A model generated the notes under the pieces. That model was not told the origin of the DNA. It searched no databases and worked only from the letters and a program-made list of their open reading frames with translations. Both the position numbers and the translations under genes were made by a program. This document shows positions 19,071 through 28,166 of a stretch of 64,000 nt of DNA, one piece after another. Position 1 is the first letter of the stretch, and each line of letters opens with the position of its first letter. The DNA comes from Syntrophales bacterium (lineage in GTDB: Bacteria > Desulfobacterota > Syntrophia > Syntrophales > UBA2210), in assembly GCA_963662405.2 (NCBI GenBank), contig CAXXKT010000001.1, positions 1,024,001 to 1,088,000 of the forward strand, written 5' to 3'.

Positions 19071-20819
19071 TTATCTCACCCGGCCTTCCCGCCATGCCTT
19101 GATCAGTCCGTCATAGGGAACCGTTTCACCCTTCGGCTTCTCGTTCGCCAGTTTTGGTTTGGGCGATCCCGGCTTCTTCAGCCATTCCTCTTCGCTGCCG
19201 CACTTGTTCAGCGTGGGAGGAGCCACCTTGCACACCTTCGCGCGCTGCAATCGTTCCATGACACGGTCCATCTCGGCGGCGAGATTGTCCATGGCCCTGT
19301 CGACGGTCACCTCACCGGCAACCGCTTCCCCGATATTCTGCCACCACAATTGTGCCAGTTTTGGATAATCGGGGACGTTGGTGCCGGTTGGTGTCCAGGC
19401 CACGCGTGCGGGGCTGCGGTAGAACTCCACAAATCCACCCAGCCGCGGCGCCCGTTCGGTGAAGGATTCGTGACGAATATCGCTGTCGCGAATCGGCGTC
19501 AATCCCACGTGTGTCTTTTTCAGCGATGTGGTCTTGCAGACACAGAACTGCGCGAAGAGCCAGGCGGCCTTCCGGCGTTCGAGCGGCGTGCTGTACATAA
19601 AGGTCCAGGAACCGCAGTCCTGATATCCCAGCTTCATCCCCTCCTCCCAGTAGGGGCCGTGAGGGGAAGGAGCCATGCGCCACTTCGGGGTGCCGTCCGC
19701 GTTGACCGTCGGCCCCGGGGCGACCATATCAGGCATGAAAGAGGTGTACCAGAATATCTGCTGTGCCACCTTGCCGCTGGAGAGGAAGGGTCCGTAGGTG
19801 TAGAAATCCAGCCCCAGAGCGCCGGGAGGTGCGTATTTGCGAAGCCATTCCATGTACTTGCGTAAGGAATACTTGGCTGCGGGGCCGTTGGCTGCGCCGC
19901 CGCGGCAGGCGCTTGCGCCGACCGGGCGTGAGTTCTCGTCGATACGAATACCCCACTCATCAACGGGGACCCCGTTGGGGATCCCCGAGCTCCCCGCGCC
20001 AGCCATACACAGCCAGGCATCAGTGAACCGCCACCCCAGGTCCGGGGATTTCTTCCCATAGTCGCTATGGCCGTACACGGGTTTGCCGTCGATCTCCTTG
20101 ACGTGCAGGGTGAAGAACTCGGCGATGTCCTCGTATGCCGACCAGTTGACCGGCACGCCGAGCTCGTAGCCGTAGATTTCCTTGAACTTCTTTTTGAAAT
20201 CGGGGCGCTGGAACCAGTCATACCGGAACCAGTACAGGTTGGCGAATTGCTGGTCCGGGAGTTGGTACATCTTGCCGTCCGGGGCGGTGGTGAATGATTT
20301 GCCCATGAAGTCATCCACGTCGAGTGTGGGGAGTGTCACGTCTTTCCCGTCACCCGTCATGAAATCACTTAAGGGGACTACATACCCGTACCGCCAGTGG
20401 GTGCCGATGAGGTCGGAGTCATTCACCCACCCATCATAGATATTCTTCCCGGACGCCCACTGTGTCTGAAGCTTTTCTATGACGTCCCCTTCCTGGATCA
20501 GGTCGAACGAGACCTTGATGCCGGTGATCTCTTCGAAGGCCTTCGCCAGGACCTTGGCCTCATACTCATGGGTGGGGATGGTCTCGGAGACGACTTTGAT
20601 GTTCATCCCTTTGAAGGGCGTGGCCGCGCTGATGAACCACTCCATCTCCTCTATTTGCTGTGCCTTGGTCAAGGTTGACGGTTGAAATTCCGCTTCGACC
20701 CACTTCTTGGCGGCTGCCATGTCCGCGCCCGCCGGGGCGGCGAAGCACACACACAGTGCAGCCACGACCACCCCCAGGATGATCATCCCGGGGCTCCTCC
20801 TGAGTACGTCACGTACCAT
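19071..20819 (-). CDS. Glycerol-type ABC transporter substrate-binding protein (GlpV-like)
   Basis: Signal peptide, EFQPSTL..EMEWF, VVSETIPTHEYE, QLPDQQFANLYWFRYDWF, GYQDCGSWT, PTGTNVPDYPKLAQLWW. Confidence 0.88.
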   Translation of the reverse strand: MVRDVLRRSPGMIILGVVVAALCVCFAAPAGADMAAAKKWVEAEFQPSTLTKAQQIEEMEWFISAATPFKGMNIKVVSETIPTHEYEAKVLAKAFEEITGIKVSFDLIQEGDVIEKLQTQWASGKNIYDGWVNDSDLIGTHWRYGYVVPLSDFMTGDGKDVTLPTLDVDDFMGKSFTTAPDGKMYQLPDQQFANLYWFRYDWFQRPDFKKKFKEIYGYELGVPVNWSAYEDIAEFFTLHVKEIDGKPVYGHSDYGKKSPDLGWRFTDAWLCMAGAGSSGIPNGVPVDEWGIRIDENSRPVGASACRGGAANGPAAKYSLRKYMEWLRKYAPPGALGLDFYTYGPFLSSGKVAQQIFWYTSFMPDMVAPGPTVNADGTPKWRMAPSPHGPYWEEGMKLGYQDCGSWTFMYSTPLERRKAAWLFAQFCVCKTTSLKKTHVGLTPIRDSDIRHESFTERAPRLGGFVEFYRSPARVAWTPTGTNVPDYPKLAQLWWQNIGEAVAGEVTVDRAMDNLAAEMDRVMERLQRAKVCKVAPPTLNKCGSEEEWLKKPGSPKPKLANEKPKGETVPYDGLIKAWREGRVR

Positions 20820-20941
20820 CAAGACACCTCCTCTGGTTAGCCTTCAGTGGCAGTTTTTGGGTAAAAACCGTCTCTCTATCGGCGGTATTAAGGCCGCGAA
20901 CACCACGAATAGAGGACTGACTCCCCCCCCTTTTTTTCTTG

Positions 20942-21220
20942 CTATCCCCAACGCATGACGATGATCATCCAGACGGCCGAGAGAGGGAGCGCGATCCAGA
21001 GAGTGAGATCGGTAAGCCCGATCCAGACAAGATGAATGTAAGCACTCCCCAGCAATCCCAGGAAGAAACGGGTGCCACGCGTTGTGGGGACGATCAAAAA
21101 ACCGCGGCGCTCGATCGTGGGCGATATCAGCTCCCATGCGAGCATGCCGCACAGCATCAAAAAGATGGTAATGAAAAAGGTTGCCGTCGGTAGGGTCCAG
21201 TACATCCAAGCGAAGCTCAT
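20942..21220 (-). CDS. Small integral membrane protein DUF2160 (GlpU-like)
   Basis: WMYWTLPTA, ERRGFL..TTRGTRFFLGLLGSAYIHL. Confidence 0.85.
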   Translation of the reverse strand: MSFAWMYWTLPTATFFITIFLMLCGMLAWELISPTIERRGFLIVPTTRGTRFFLGLLGSAYIHLVWIGLTDLTLWIALPLSAVWMIIVMRWG

Positions 21221-21235
21221 GGTTACTCTCCCCTT

Positions 21236-22039
21236 CTACACCCGGCCCAGGGCGAAGCCCTTGGCGAGATGGTTTCGTACGAACCAGATCACCAGCGCGC
21301 CCGGCACGATAGTCAATATGCCGGCGGCGGCCAGGAGCCCCCAGTCAAGCCCTGTCGCACTAATGGTACGCGTCATGGTGGCAACGATCGGTTTTGCCTC
21401 AGTAACCGTTAATGTCCGGGCGAAGAGCAGCTCAACCCAGCTGAACATGAAACAGAAAAAGGCCGTCACGCCTACCCCCGCCCTGATCAAGGGGATGAAG
21501 ATGGTAATGAAAAATCGGGGAAACTTATACCCGTCGAGAAAAGCGGTCTCGTCGATCTCCTTGGGGATCCCGGACATGAATCCTTCCAGGACCCAGACGG
21601 CGAGCGGTACGTTGAAGAGACAGTGGGCCAAGGCCACCGCAATGTGCGTATCGAGCAACCCGATCGTCGAATAGAGCTGAAAATAGGGGAGGAGGAAGAC
21701 AGCCGGGGGGGCCATGCGGTTCGTCAGCAGCCAGAAGAACATCTGTCCGTCCCCCAGGAACCGGTACCGCGAAAAGGCGTAGGCGGCGGGCAATGCAACG
21801 ATCAGTGATATCGCGGTATTCATGGTGACGTAGATGATTGCGTTGATATACCCGGAGTACCAGGTCGGGTCCGTAAAGATCTTGATATAGTTCATGAATG
21901 TTATGTCGGTCGGGAACAGGGAGAAGGAGGCGAGGATATCGGCATTGCTGCGCAGGGACATATTGAGCATCCAGTAGATCGGAATGAGCAGCAGGAAAAA
22001 ATAGAACAACAGGGCAAGATAACGCTTGTGGAACTTCAT
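21236..22039 (-). CDS. Carbohydrate ABC transporter permease (GlpQ-like)
   Basis: LPAAYAFSRY, FFWLLTNRMAPPAVF, EIDETAFLDG EAA loop; ATG overlaps the upstream stop. Confidence 0.9.
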   Translation of the reverse strand: MKFHKRYLALLFYFFLLLIPIYWMLNMSLRSNADILASFSLFPTDITFMNYIKIFTDPTWYSGYINAIIYVTMNTAISLIVALPAAYAFSRYRFLGDGQMFFWLLTNRMAPPAVFLLPYFQLYSTIGLLDTHIAVALAHCLFNVPLAVWVLEGFMSGIPKEIDETAFLDGYKFPRFFITIFIPLIRAGVGVTAFFCFMFSWVELLFARTLTVTEAKPIVATMTRTISATGLDWGLLAAAGILTIVPGALVIWFVRNHLAKGFALGRV

Positions 22040-22917
22040 GCCTTTTCTCCTTTCCCCACATACAAGAGTGCCTGGTAGAATATGAAACTGAAGAGGAGCA
22101 CGATAAGGAAGTAAATCAGCGAGAATGCCGCGGCCGGTCCGAGGTCGAACTGGCCGGTGGCGAGCTTGACCAAGTAGATCGACAGGAACGTGGTGGAATT
22201 GCCGGGGCCGCCCCCTGTCAGGGCGAAGGGCTCCGCGTAGATCAGGAAACTGTCCATCCACCGCAGCAGGACGGCGATGGTGAGCACCCCGCGCATCTTG
22301 GGGAGCTGGATATACCGGAAGGTTGCCCACGGCGATGCACCGTCGATCTTCGCCGCCTGGAAATAGGCCTCGGGGATGGCCCGCAAACCCGCGTACGACA
22401 GGAGGGCCACCAAGGGGGTCCAGTGCCATACCTCCATTGCCATCAGGGTGATCCAGGCATAGAGCGGTCGTGCCGTGTGATCGAAGGTGTCCTCCAGGAA
22501 GCCCAGGCTGTTGATTCCCACCCCGAACAGGCCGATATCAGGCCGGGTAAAGACGATCCAGGTAGTCCCGATCACGTTCCAGGGGATGAGAAGGGGGAGC
22601 GCCAGGGTTACCAGGGAGATCGAGACCCCCCATCCCTTCTTCGGCATTGCCAGTGCGATCAATATCCCCAGGGGGATCTCTATCAGGAGGACGAGGCCGG
22701 AAAAGAGGAATTGACGCCACAGGGCATCGTGCAACCGGTAGTCGGTCAGCATTTCCTTGAACCACTCCGTCCCGACAAAGACGGTCTCCCCCGGGCCGAA
22801 GATGTCCTGCATCGAGTAGTTGACCACGGTCATCAGGGGGATGATGGCGCTGAAGGCGACAATCACAAAAACGGGGAGCACCAGAATCCACGCCCTGTTA
22901 TCCTGCCACTTATCCAT
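22036..22917 (-). CDS. Carbohydrate ABC transporter permease (GlpP-like)
   Basis: PLMTVVNYS, WHWTPLVALL, YFQAAKIDGAS, GGGPGNSTTFLS. Confidence 0.9.
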   Translation of the reverse strand: MDKWQDNRAWILVLPVFVIVAFSAIIPLMTVVNYSMQDIFGPGETVFVGTEWFKEMLTDYRLHDALWRQFLFSGLVLLIEIPLGILIALAMPKKGWGVSISLVTLALPLLIPWNVIGTTWIVFTRPDIGLFGVGINSLGFLEDTFDHTARPLYAWITLMAMEVWHWTPLVALLSYAGLRAIPEAYFQAAKIDGASPWATFRYIQLPKMRGVLTIAVLLRWMDSFLIYAEPFALTGGGPGNSTTFLSIYLVKLATGQFDLGPAAAFSLIYFLIVLLFSFIFYQALLYVGKGEKA

Positions 22918-22934
22918 ACACCGCTCCTTGTTGT

Positions 22935-24020
22935 CTATGTTACCACCCGGCCGTCGGCAAACAGCCTGATCCACTCCTTCGGGAAGTGGAGCCACACAGT
23001 GCCTGCGGAAACGGGTTTTCCTTCGGGTACCTTGGCGCGGAGGGTATGACCGGCCAGGTCGAGCGTCACGATCCGGTAGCTGCCCTGGTCTTCGATCATC
23101 GTCACGGCGGCCTCGACGCTTGCCTCTCCCGGTTCAAGACGCACATCGAGGTACATCGGCCGGATTCCCACTTCCAGTTTCCCCCGTGCCGCGCGGCCAA
23201 GGGCCGCGGTTGTTTCGTCCAAGGGGATTCCAACCCCGTCGACCCGCGCCGTATTCCCTTCCAGGGTGCACGCGAGAAAGTTCATCCCCGGGCTGCCGAT
23301 GAAGTATCCCACGAAGGTATGTGCGGGGTTTTCAAACAGGTCCTGGGGGGTGCCGATCTGCACGATCTCTCCCTCGACCATGATCGCGACCCGGTCGGCA
23401 AAGGTCAGGGCCTCGATCTGGTCATGCGTCACGTAGATCAGGGTCAGTTTGAGTCGTTCGTGTATCTCCTTGAGCTTGCGCCGCAGGGTCCATTTCAGGT
23501 GCGGGTCGATGACGGTCAGGGGTTCGTCGAAGAGGATCGCCGCCACATCGGCCCTGACCAATCCCCTCCCCAGTGAGACCTTCTGCTTCAGATCGGCGCT
23601 CAATCCGGCGGCCCGTCTATTGATGACGTGTGTCAGGTCGAGCATCTCGGCTACCTCGTTCACGCGCCGGCGGATCTCATTGGTTGCAATCCCCCGGTTC
23701 TGGAGGGGGAAGGCCAGGTTGCCGAACACCGTCATGGTGTCGTACAGAACGGGAAACTGAAAAACCTGAGCGATATTGCGCCGCTCCGGTGTCAATGCGG
23801 AGACATCCTCCCCATTATAGAGGATTTTCCCCGTGGTGGGCTTCAGGAGCCCCGAAATGATGTTCAACAGGGTGGTTTTGCCGCAGCCGGAGGGACCCAG
23901 CAGGGCATAGGCCCCGCCATCTTCCCAGACGGTGTCGATTCGCCGCAGGGCGTAATCCCTCTCCGCCCGGGGCCTTCTCAGGTAGCTGTGGGCAACGTCA
24001 CGCAACTCGATGCGAGCCAT
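22935..24020 (-). CDS. Sugar ABC ATP-binding protein (GlpT-like)
   Basis: GPSGCGKT, AQVFQFPV, FDEPLTVIDP, YVTHDQ. Confidence 0.92.
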   Translation of the reverse strand: MARIELRDVAHSYLRRPRAERDYALRRIDTVWEDGGAYALLGPSGCGKTTLLNIISGLLKPTTGKILYNGEDVSALTPERRNIAQVFQFPVLYDTMTVFGNLAFPLQNRGIATNEIRRRVNEVAEMLDLTHVINRRAAGLSADLKQKVSLGRGLVRADVAAILFDEPLTVIDPHLKWTLRRKLKEIHERLKLTLIYVTHDQIEALTFADRVAIMVEGEIVQIGTPQDLFENPAHTFVGYFIGSPGMNFLACTLEGNTARVDGVGIPLDETTAALGRAARGKLEVGIRPMYLDVRLEPGEASVEAAVTMIEDQGSYRIVTLDLAGHTLRAKVPEGKPVSAGTVWLHFPKEWIRLFADGRVVT

Positions 24021-24029
24021 GTATGTCTC

Positions 24030-25130
24030 CTATGGGGGTTTCCTTTCAAGGGAATCCCCGTTCGGTGACGCGATAAGTGCGCCCGAATCATCGTACACAA
24101 AGAAGGAAGAGGGGTCGACATGGATCGTTATAGGGGCTCCGAGACGAAAGGAATGGACGCCGCTCGCCTGAATTACCAGGCGGATATTCTCATAATCGGC
24201 GTGGATGAATGTCTCCGATCCGTTTATCTCGGATAGCGCTACGGTTGCGTTGATGAGGGTGTCATTCTCCCCGGTTCGTGACAGGGAGAGATGATGGGAG
24301 CGGACACCGAACAGGTATTCCCCGGCGGTGAGGACTTTCAGGTGGTCCTTCAGGGGGATTTTAATGCCGTATCCGAGACGGGCGGCCCCTTCGGTCACGG
24401 TGCCGTTCAGGTAGTTCATGGGGGGGTCGCTGAAGATGTCGGCGACCCCCCGGGTTACCGGATTGTGGTAGACTTCTTCGGTGGGGCCGATCTGCAGGAC
24501 GCGTCCCTTGTCGATAACCACGGTATTTCCTCCCAGCATCAGGGCCTCTGCCGGTTCGGTCGTGGTGTATACGACGATCGCCTTGCGCTGCTTGAAGATT
24601 TCCTGTAGCTCGACCCGCAGTTCTTCGCGCAGTTTGAAATCCAGATTGACCAGGGGTTCATCCAGCAGCAGGAGATCCGATTTTTTGACCAGAGCCCTGG
24701 CGATGGCGGTTCGCTGCTGCTGTCCACCGGAGAGTTCAGCTGGGAGGCGGTCCAGCAGGGGATCGAGATGCAGCATGGCAGCGGTTTCACGGACCCGCCG
24801 ATCGATCTCCTTTTTGCCCTCCCCGCTCAGCTTGAGGGGGGAGGCAATATTGTCGTACACGGTTAGGGAGGGATAATTGATGAATTGCTGGTAGACCATC
24901 GCGATATTGCGTTTTCTGACCTTGACGCCTGCCACGTCTTTCCCGTCTACCAGTACCCGCCCGGAGGAGGGACGGTCAAGCCCGGCTATCATGCGGAGAA
25001 GCGACGTCTTGCCGGCCAGGGTGTGACCAAGGAGGACATTGCGTGATCCTGTCTCGAATTCCAGGTTGATGTCGTCGAGATGAATGTCGCGGCCCACTCT
25101 CTTGGTGACAGCTTCCAGCGATAAGAACAT
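24030..25130 (-). CDS. Sugar ABC ATP-binding protein (GlpS-like)
   Basis: GHTLAGKTS, MVYQQFINYP, LSGGQQQR, LDEPLVNLD. Confidence 0.92.
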   Translation of the reverse strand: MFLSLEAVTKRVGRDIHLDDINLEFETGSRNVLLGHTLAGKTSLLRMIAGLDRPSSGRVLVDGKDVAGVKVRKRNIAMVYQQFINYPSLTVYDNIASPLKLSGEGKKEIDRRVRETAAMLHLDPLLDRLPAELSGGQQQRTAIARALVKKSDLLLLDEPLVNLDFKLREELRVELQEIFKQRKAIVVYTTTEPAEALMLGGNTVVIDKGRVLQIGPTEEVYHNPVTRGVADIFSDPPMNYLNGTVTEGAARLGYGIKIPLKDHLKVLTAGEYLFGVRSHHLSLSRTGENDTLINATVALSEINGSETFIHADYENIRLVIQASGVHSFRLGAPITIHVDPSSFFVYDDSGALIASPNGDSLERKPP

Positions 25131-25473
25131 GAGACGAGCACCTGTTGTGTGTCATGGACACGGAAGGCCGGGCTTGTACTCTCCACCCGGACCCCCCCCT
25201 GATCACTCCCTTCGCACGTTTCTATGCCGGGGGTGTCCATATCATTTCAAGCGAACGGCATCGTTTCCGGTTGGTGGATAGATGCCATGCCATTGAAGCG
25301 TGACGCGCTGCCTCGAGATGTTAAAAAGCCTGCGTGAAGGAGAGAATGTGAAAAATATCAGAATGATAGCAAGAGGACTCACAGAAAAGCAAAAGCACTA
25401 ACGTGAAGATACATACCAAATTATCCATTGCGCCGCCAGTGTTTTTTGATTGCGCCGGGTGCCCCTGCCTGTC

Positions 25474-26640
25474 CTATCGTAAGAGCACGGCCTGTGCGGC
25501 GGCGAGGCCCACTCCCGGTTCGAATCTGTATCCCGTTTTCTCTAATCCTTTCTCTATTGCCCCCACGGTGGCGAGGATGTCGTTCGCGCCGACGACCCCC
25601 ATGTGGCCGATGCGGAAATATGTGTCCCTGATCTCCGCGTGGAGTCCCCCCGCGAGGATGACGCCGGCCTCGGCAATCAGGGGGAGAACGGTGCCGGTCA
25701 CGCCGTCGGGGAAGTAGGGGGCGGTGAGGGTGTTAGCCGCCTTGTCGGGGGTGACCGGGATCTGCTTGAGCCCCAGCGCGGTCATCCCCGCCTTGAAGGA
25801 GTCGCTCATCAGCCGGTGCCGGGCGAAGCGTTTGTCCATCCCCTCGGCGATGATCTGTTCGAGACTGACATTCAGGGCCCAGACGAGGTTGACCGCCTGC
25901 GTCCCGAAATAGGCGGCCTTACGAGCCTCGTATGATTCCATAATGGGAAGCCAGTTTGCCCAGTCGGAATAATAGCTCCCGACGGGGGTCCGGCGGTTCT
26001 TGAATGCCTCGATCGCCTGGGGGCTCGCCATGAGGAGCGCCAGACCGGGGGGGACGCCGATGGCCTTCTGGCAGGCGGTGAGGACGATATCCACGCCCCA
26101 TTCCTCCTGGCGCAACTCCTCGCCGGCGACGGAGCAGACCCCGTCCACGATGCTCAGGATGCCGTACTTGTCGCACAGGGCCGCCAGCCCCTTGACATCG
26201 GTGAGGACGGCGGTGGAGGTGTCGACGTGGGTGACCGTCATTACCGTGAAGTCGCCCTTCTTCATCACGTCCTCCACCTCCTCCAGGGAGGGGGCGTCTC
26301 CGATGGCCGCCGCCTTCACCTGGGTGACCTGTGCGCCGTAGCGTTCCAGGATGGCGGCGAAGCGGTCGCTGAAGTACCCCGTATTGATCACGAGGGCATT
26401 GTCCCCCGGTTCGATGACGTTACAGGCGGCCATATCCATCACCATCGTCCCGGACCCGGCAATGATAAAGGGTTGTCCGCCGGGGCAGAGAAATACGTCG
26501 CGCATCCGCTCGATTGATTCTCCCATGCAATCGGCGAAGGCGGGGGCAACATGGCTTGTGGTCGGCATGGCCATCGCCCGCATCACTTCGGGGGTAAACT
26601 CGATCGGCCCCGGAATCATCAGTAGTTTTCTATCTTTCAT
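25474..26640 (-). CDS. Alanine/serine-glyoxylate aminotransferase family (class V PLP)
   Basis: LLMIPGP, THVDTSTAV, IVDGVCS, TACQKAIGVPPGL, FRIGHMG. Confidence 0.92.
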   Translation of the reverse strand: MKDRKLLMIPGPIEFTPEVMRAMAMPTTSHVAPAFADCMGESIERMRDVFLCPGGQPFIIAGSGTMVMDMAACNVIEPGDNALVINTGYFSDRFAAILERYGAQVTQVKAAAIGDAPSLEEVEDVMKKGDFTVMTVTHVDTSTAVLTDVKGLAALCDKYGILSIVDGVCSVAGEELRQEEWGVDIVLTACQKAIGVPPGLALLMASPQAIEAFKNRRTPVGSYYSDWANWLPIMESYEARKAAYFGTQAVNLVWALNVSLEQIIAEGMDKRFARHRLMSDSFKAGMTALGLKQIPVTPDKAANTLTAPYFPDGVTGTVLPLIAEAGVILAGGLHAEIRDTYFRIGHMGVVGANDILATVGAIEKGLEKTGYRFEPGVGLAAAQAVLLR

Positions 26641-26707
26641 ACTCGATACCTCCCTTGCTGTCTATGAGGAATCGTCTCCTCACCCGGTGAATCGATTCAC
26701 GGTTGGC

Positions 26708-28114
26708 TTACGATCCCGGCTGCCGGGTACCGGAAGGTCCGATCACCCTGACGGAACACAGCCGATCCAGATACGATCCCTTTTTCGATCCCGCACCCAA
26801 TGACAGGTCCGTCACCGCCACGCGGTTGATCACACGGACCCGGTCACGCCACCAGGTTGGTTCCCGGTAACCCCAGGTACAGTGTATAACATAGGGGGCA
26901 TCGTGAACCACCCCGAGGAACAACATGATATGCCCCCGCAGATAGAGGAGGGTGCACCCCCCGATCGCCTGTTTTGAGAGGGTTTCCAGCTTCCTTTCGG
27001 GTACGGTATCGTCCGGATACTCGCCGATCAGCCGCCCCACCCGGGACTGCTTGGAGGAATTCCGGGGGAGCGATATCCCGACCGTTGCGAGGACCTCCTG
27101 GACGAACCGTGAACAGTCCTGCTCGCCGTACATACCTCCCCATCCGTAGGGGGCGTTGAGCAGCTTGAATGCCTGACGGATCACGGTACCGGGGGTATAG
27201 GGAAGATAAGCCTGGTGGATATCGTTCATCCTGATGTACCCCGTCTCTTCGGAGAGCGTCCCGTCATCCGCCCGGAAGGGCAGCCGAACAGCGGCGATTC
27301 CATTCTCACTCCCTGCGAGGGGAAGTCGTGTCCCCATCCGGGCGTACCCATGATATCTCCGCATCCCGGCGTCCCGGAAGAGGGCTCCCTTTCCCCCCGT
27401 CACGACGGCAAAGGGCTCCGCATCGGTAAAACGTTGCATCTCCTCACGGGTGCAGAGGGCCACTGCCTCCACCGGGACCCAGCCGGCGTTGAGGCGGTCA
27501 ATGACATAATACCACGTGCCCTCCGGCGTGGTGTGCGCCACCGCCACGGGGGTGCCGATGTCGAGGGCGCTGTTCTGCAGTTCGTCAAAGTCCCGGTCGT
27601 GTTTCTTCGCGTAGAGAGGTTCCGCGGTGGGGAAGACACGCTGGTGCGTGTAGCGGACGATAAGACCGTACCGCACATCGACCGCGGACGGAACGCCCTC
27701 CAGATTCATATACGGTATCATCGAAGCGTAAAAACCGGACGTAACGGTATCCCCGTTTGCATGGTAGAGACACCGCCCGGCATAATAATCGAGCATTTTA
27801 TTTATCTTCTCCAGCACTTCCTCTCCCGGGAAGGGGGACGCGAGACGGGTGATATCGCGGGTCAGCTCGAGCTCGTCCCCTATGTGCCGGTTCAGATCGG
27901 CAATCCCCTGCCGGTCGAGGATGACCCGGTCCGGAAAGGGGTGGTGCGCAATCCAGAAACCGGCGGTTTTCATCGGGGGGTCAACCCCCGGGAGGAGGGT
28001 CGGGGCGGCATAGTACCGTTGTTCCTTCACCGCGCATCCGCACAGAAAAGCGGCGGTCAGGAAACACAGGAGGGGCAGAAGAATAGTCAGGCGACGGGTA
28101 CGGGTCAGGTGCAT
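26708..28114 (-). CDS. NlpC/P60 family peptidase lipoprotein with SH3 domains
   Basis: Lipobox-like FLCGC, PYGWGG..DCSRF, LPRNS, GHIMLFLG. Confidence 0.85.
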   Translation of the reverse strand: MHLTRTRRLTILLPLLCFLTAAFLCGCAVKEQRYYAAPTLLPGVDPPMKTAGFWIAHHPFPDRVILDRQGIADLNRHIGDELELTRDITRLASPFPGEEVLEKINKMLDYYAGRCLYHANGDTVTSGFYASMIPYMNLEGVPSAVDVRYGLIVRYTHQRVFPTAEPLYAKKHDRDFDELQNSALDIGTPVAVAHTTPEGTWYYVIDRLNAGWVPVEAVALCTREEMQRFTDAEPFAVVTGGKGALFRDAGMRRYHGYARMGTRLPLAGSENGIAAVRLPFRADDGTLSEETGYIRMNDIHQAYLPYTPGTVIRQAFKLLNAPYGWGGMYGEQDCSRFVQEVLATVGISLPRNSSKQSRVGRLIGEYPDDTVPERKLETLSKQAIGGCTLLYLRGHIMLFLGVVHDAPYVIHCTWGYREPTWWRDRVRVINRVAVTDLSLGAGSKKGSYLDRLCSVRVIGPSGTRQPGS

Positions 28115-28166
28115 GGAAGGTCCTCTTTTCCGGTAATACAGATTGCGTGTTACATCCTCGCCGGGA

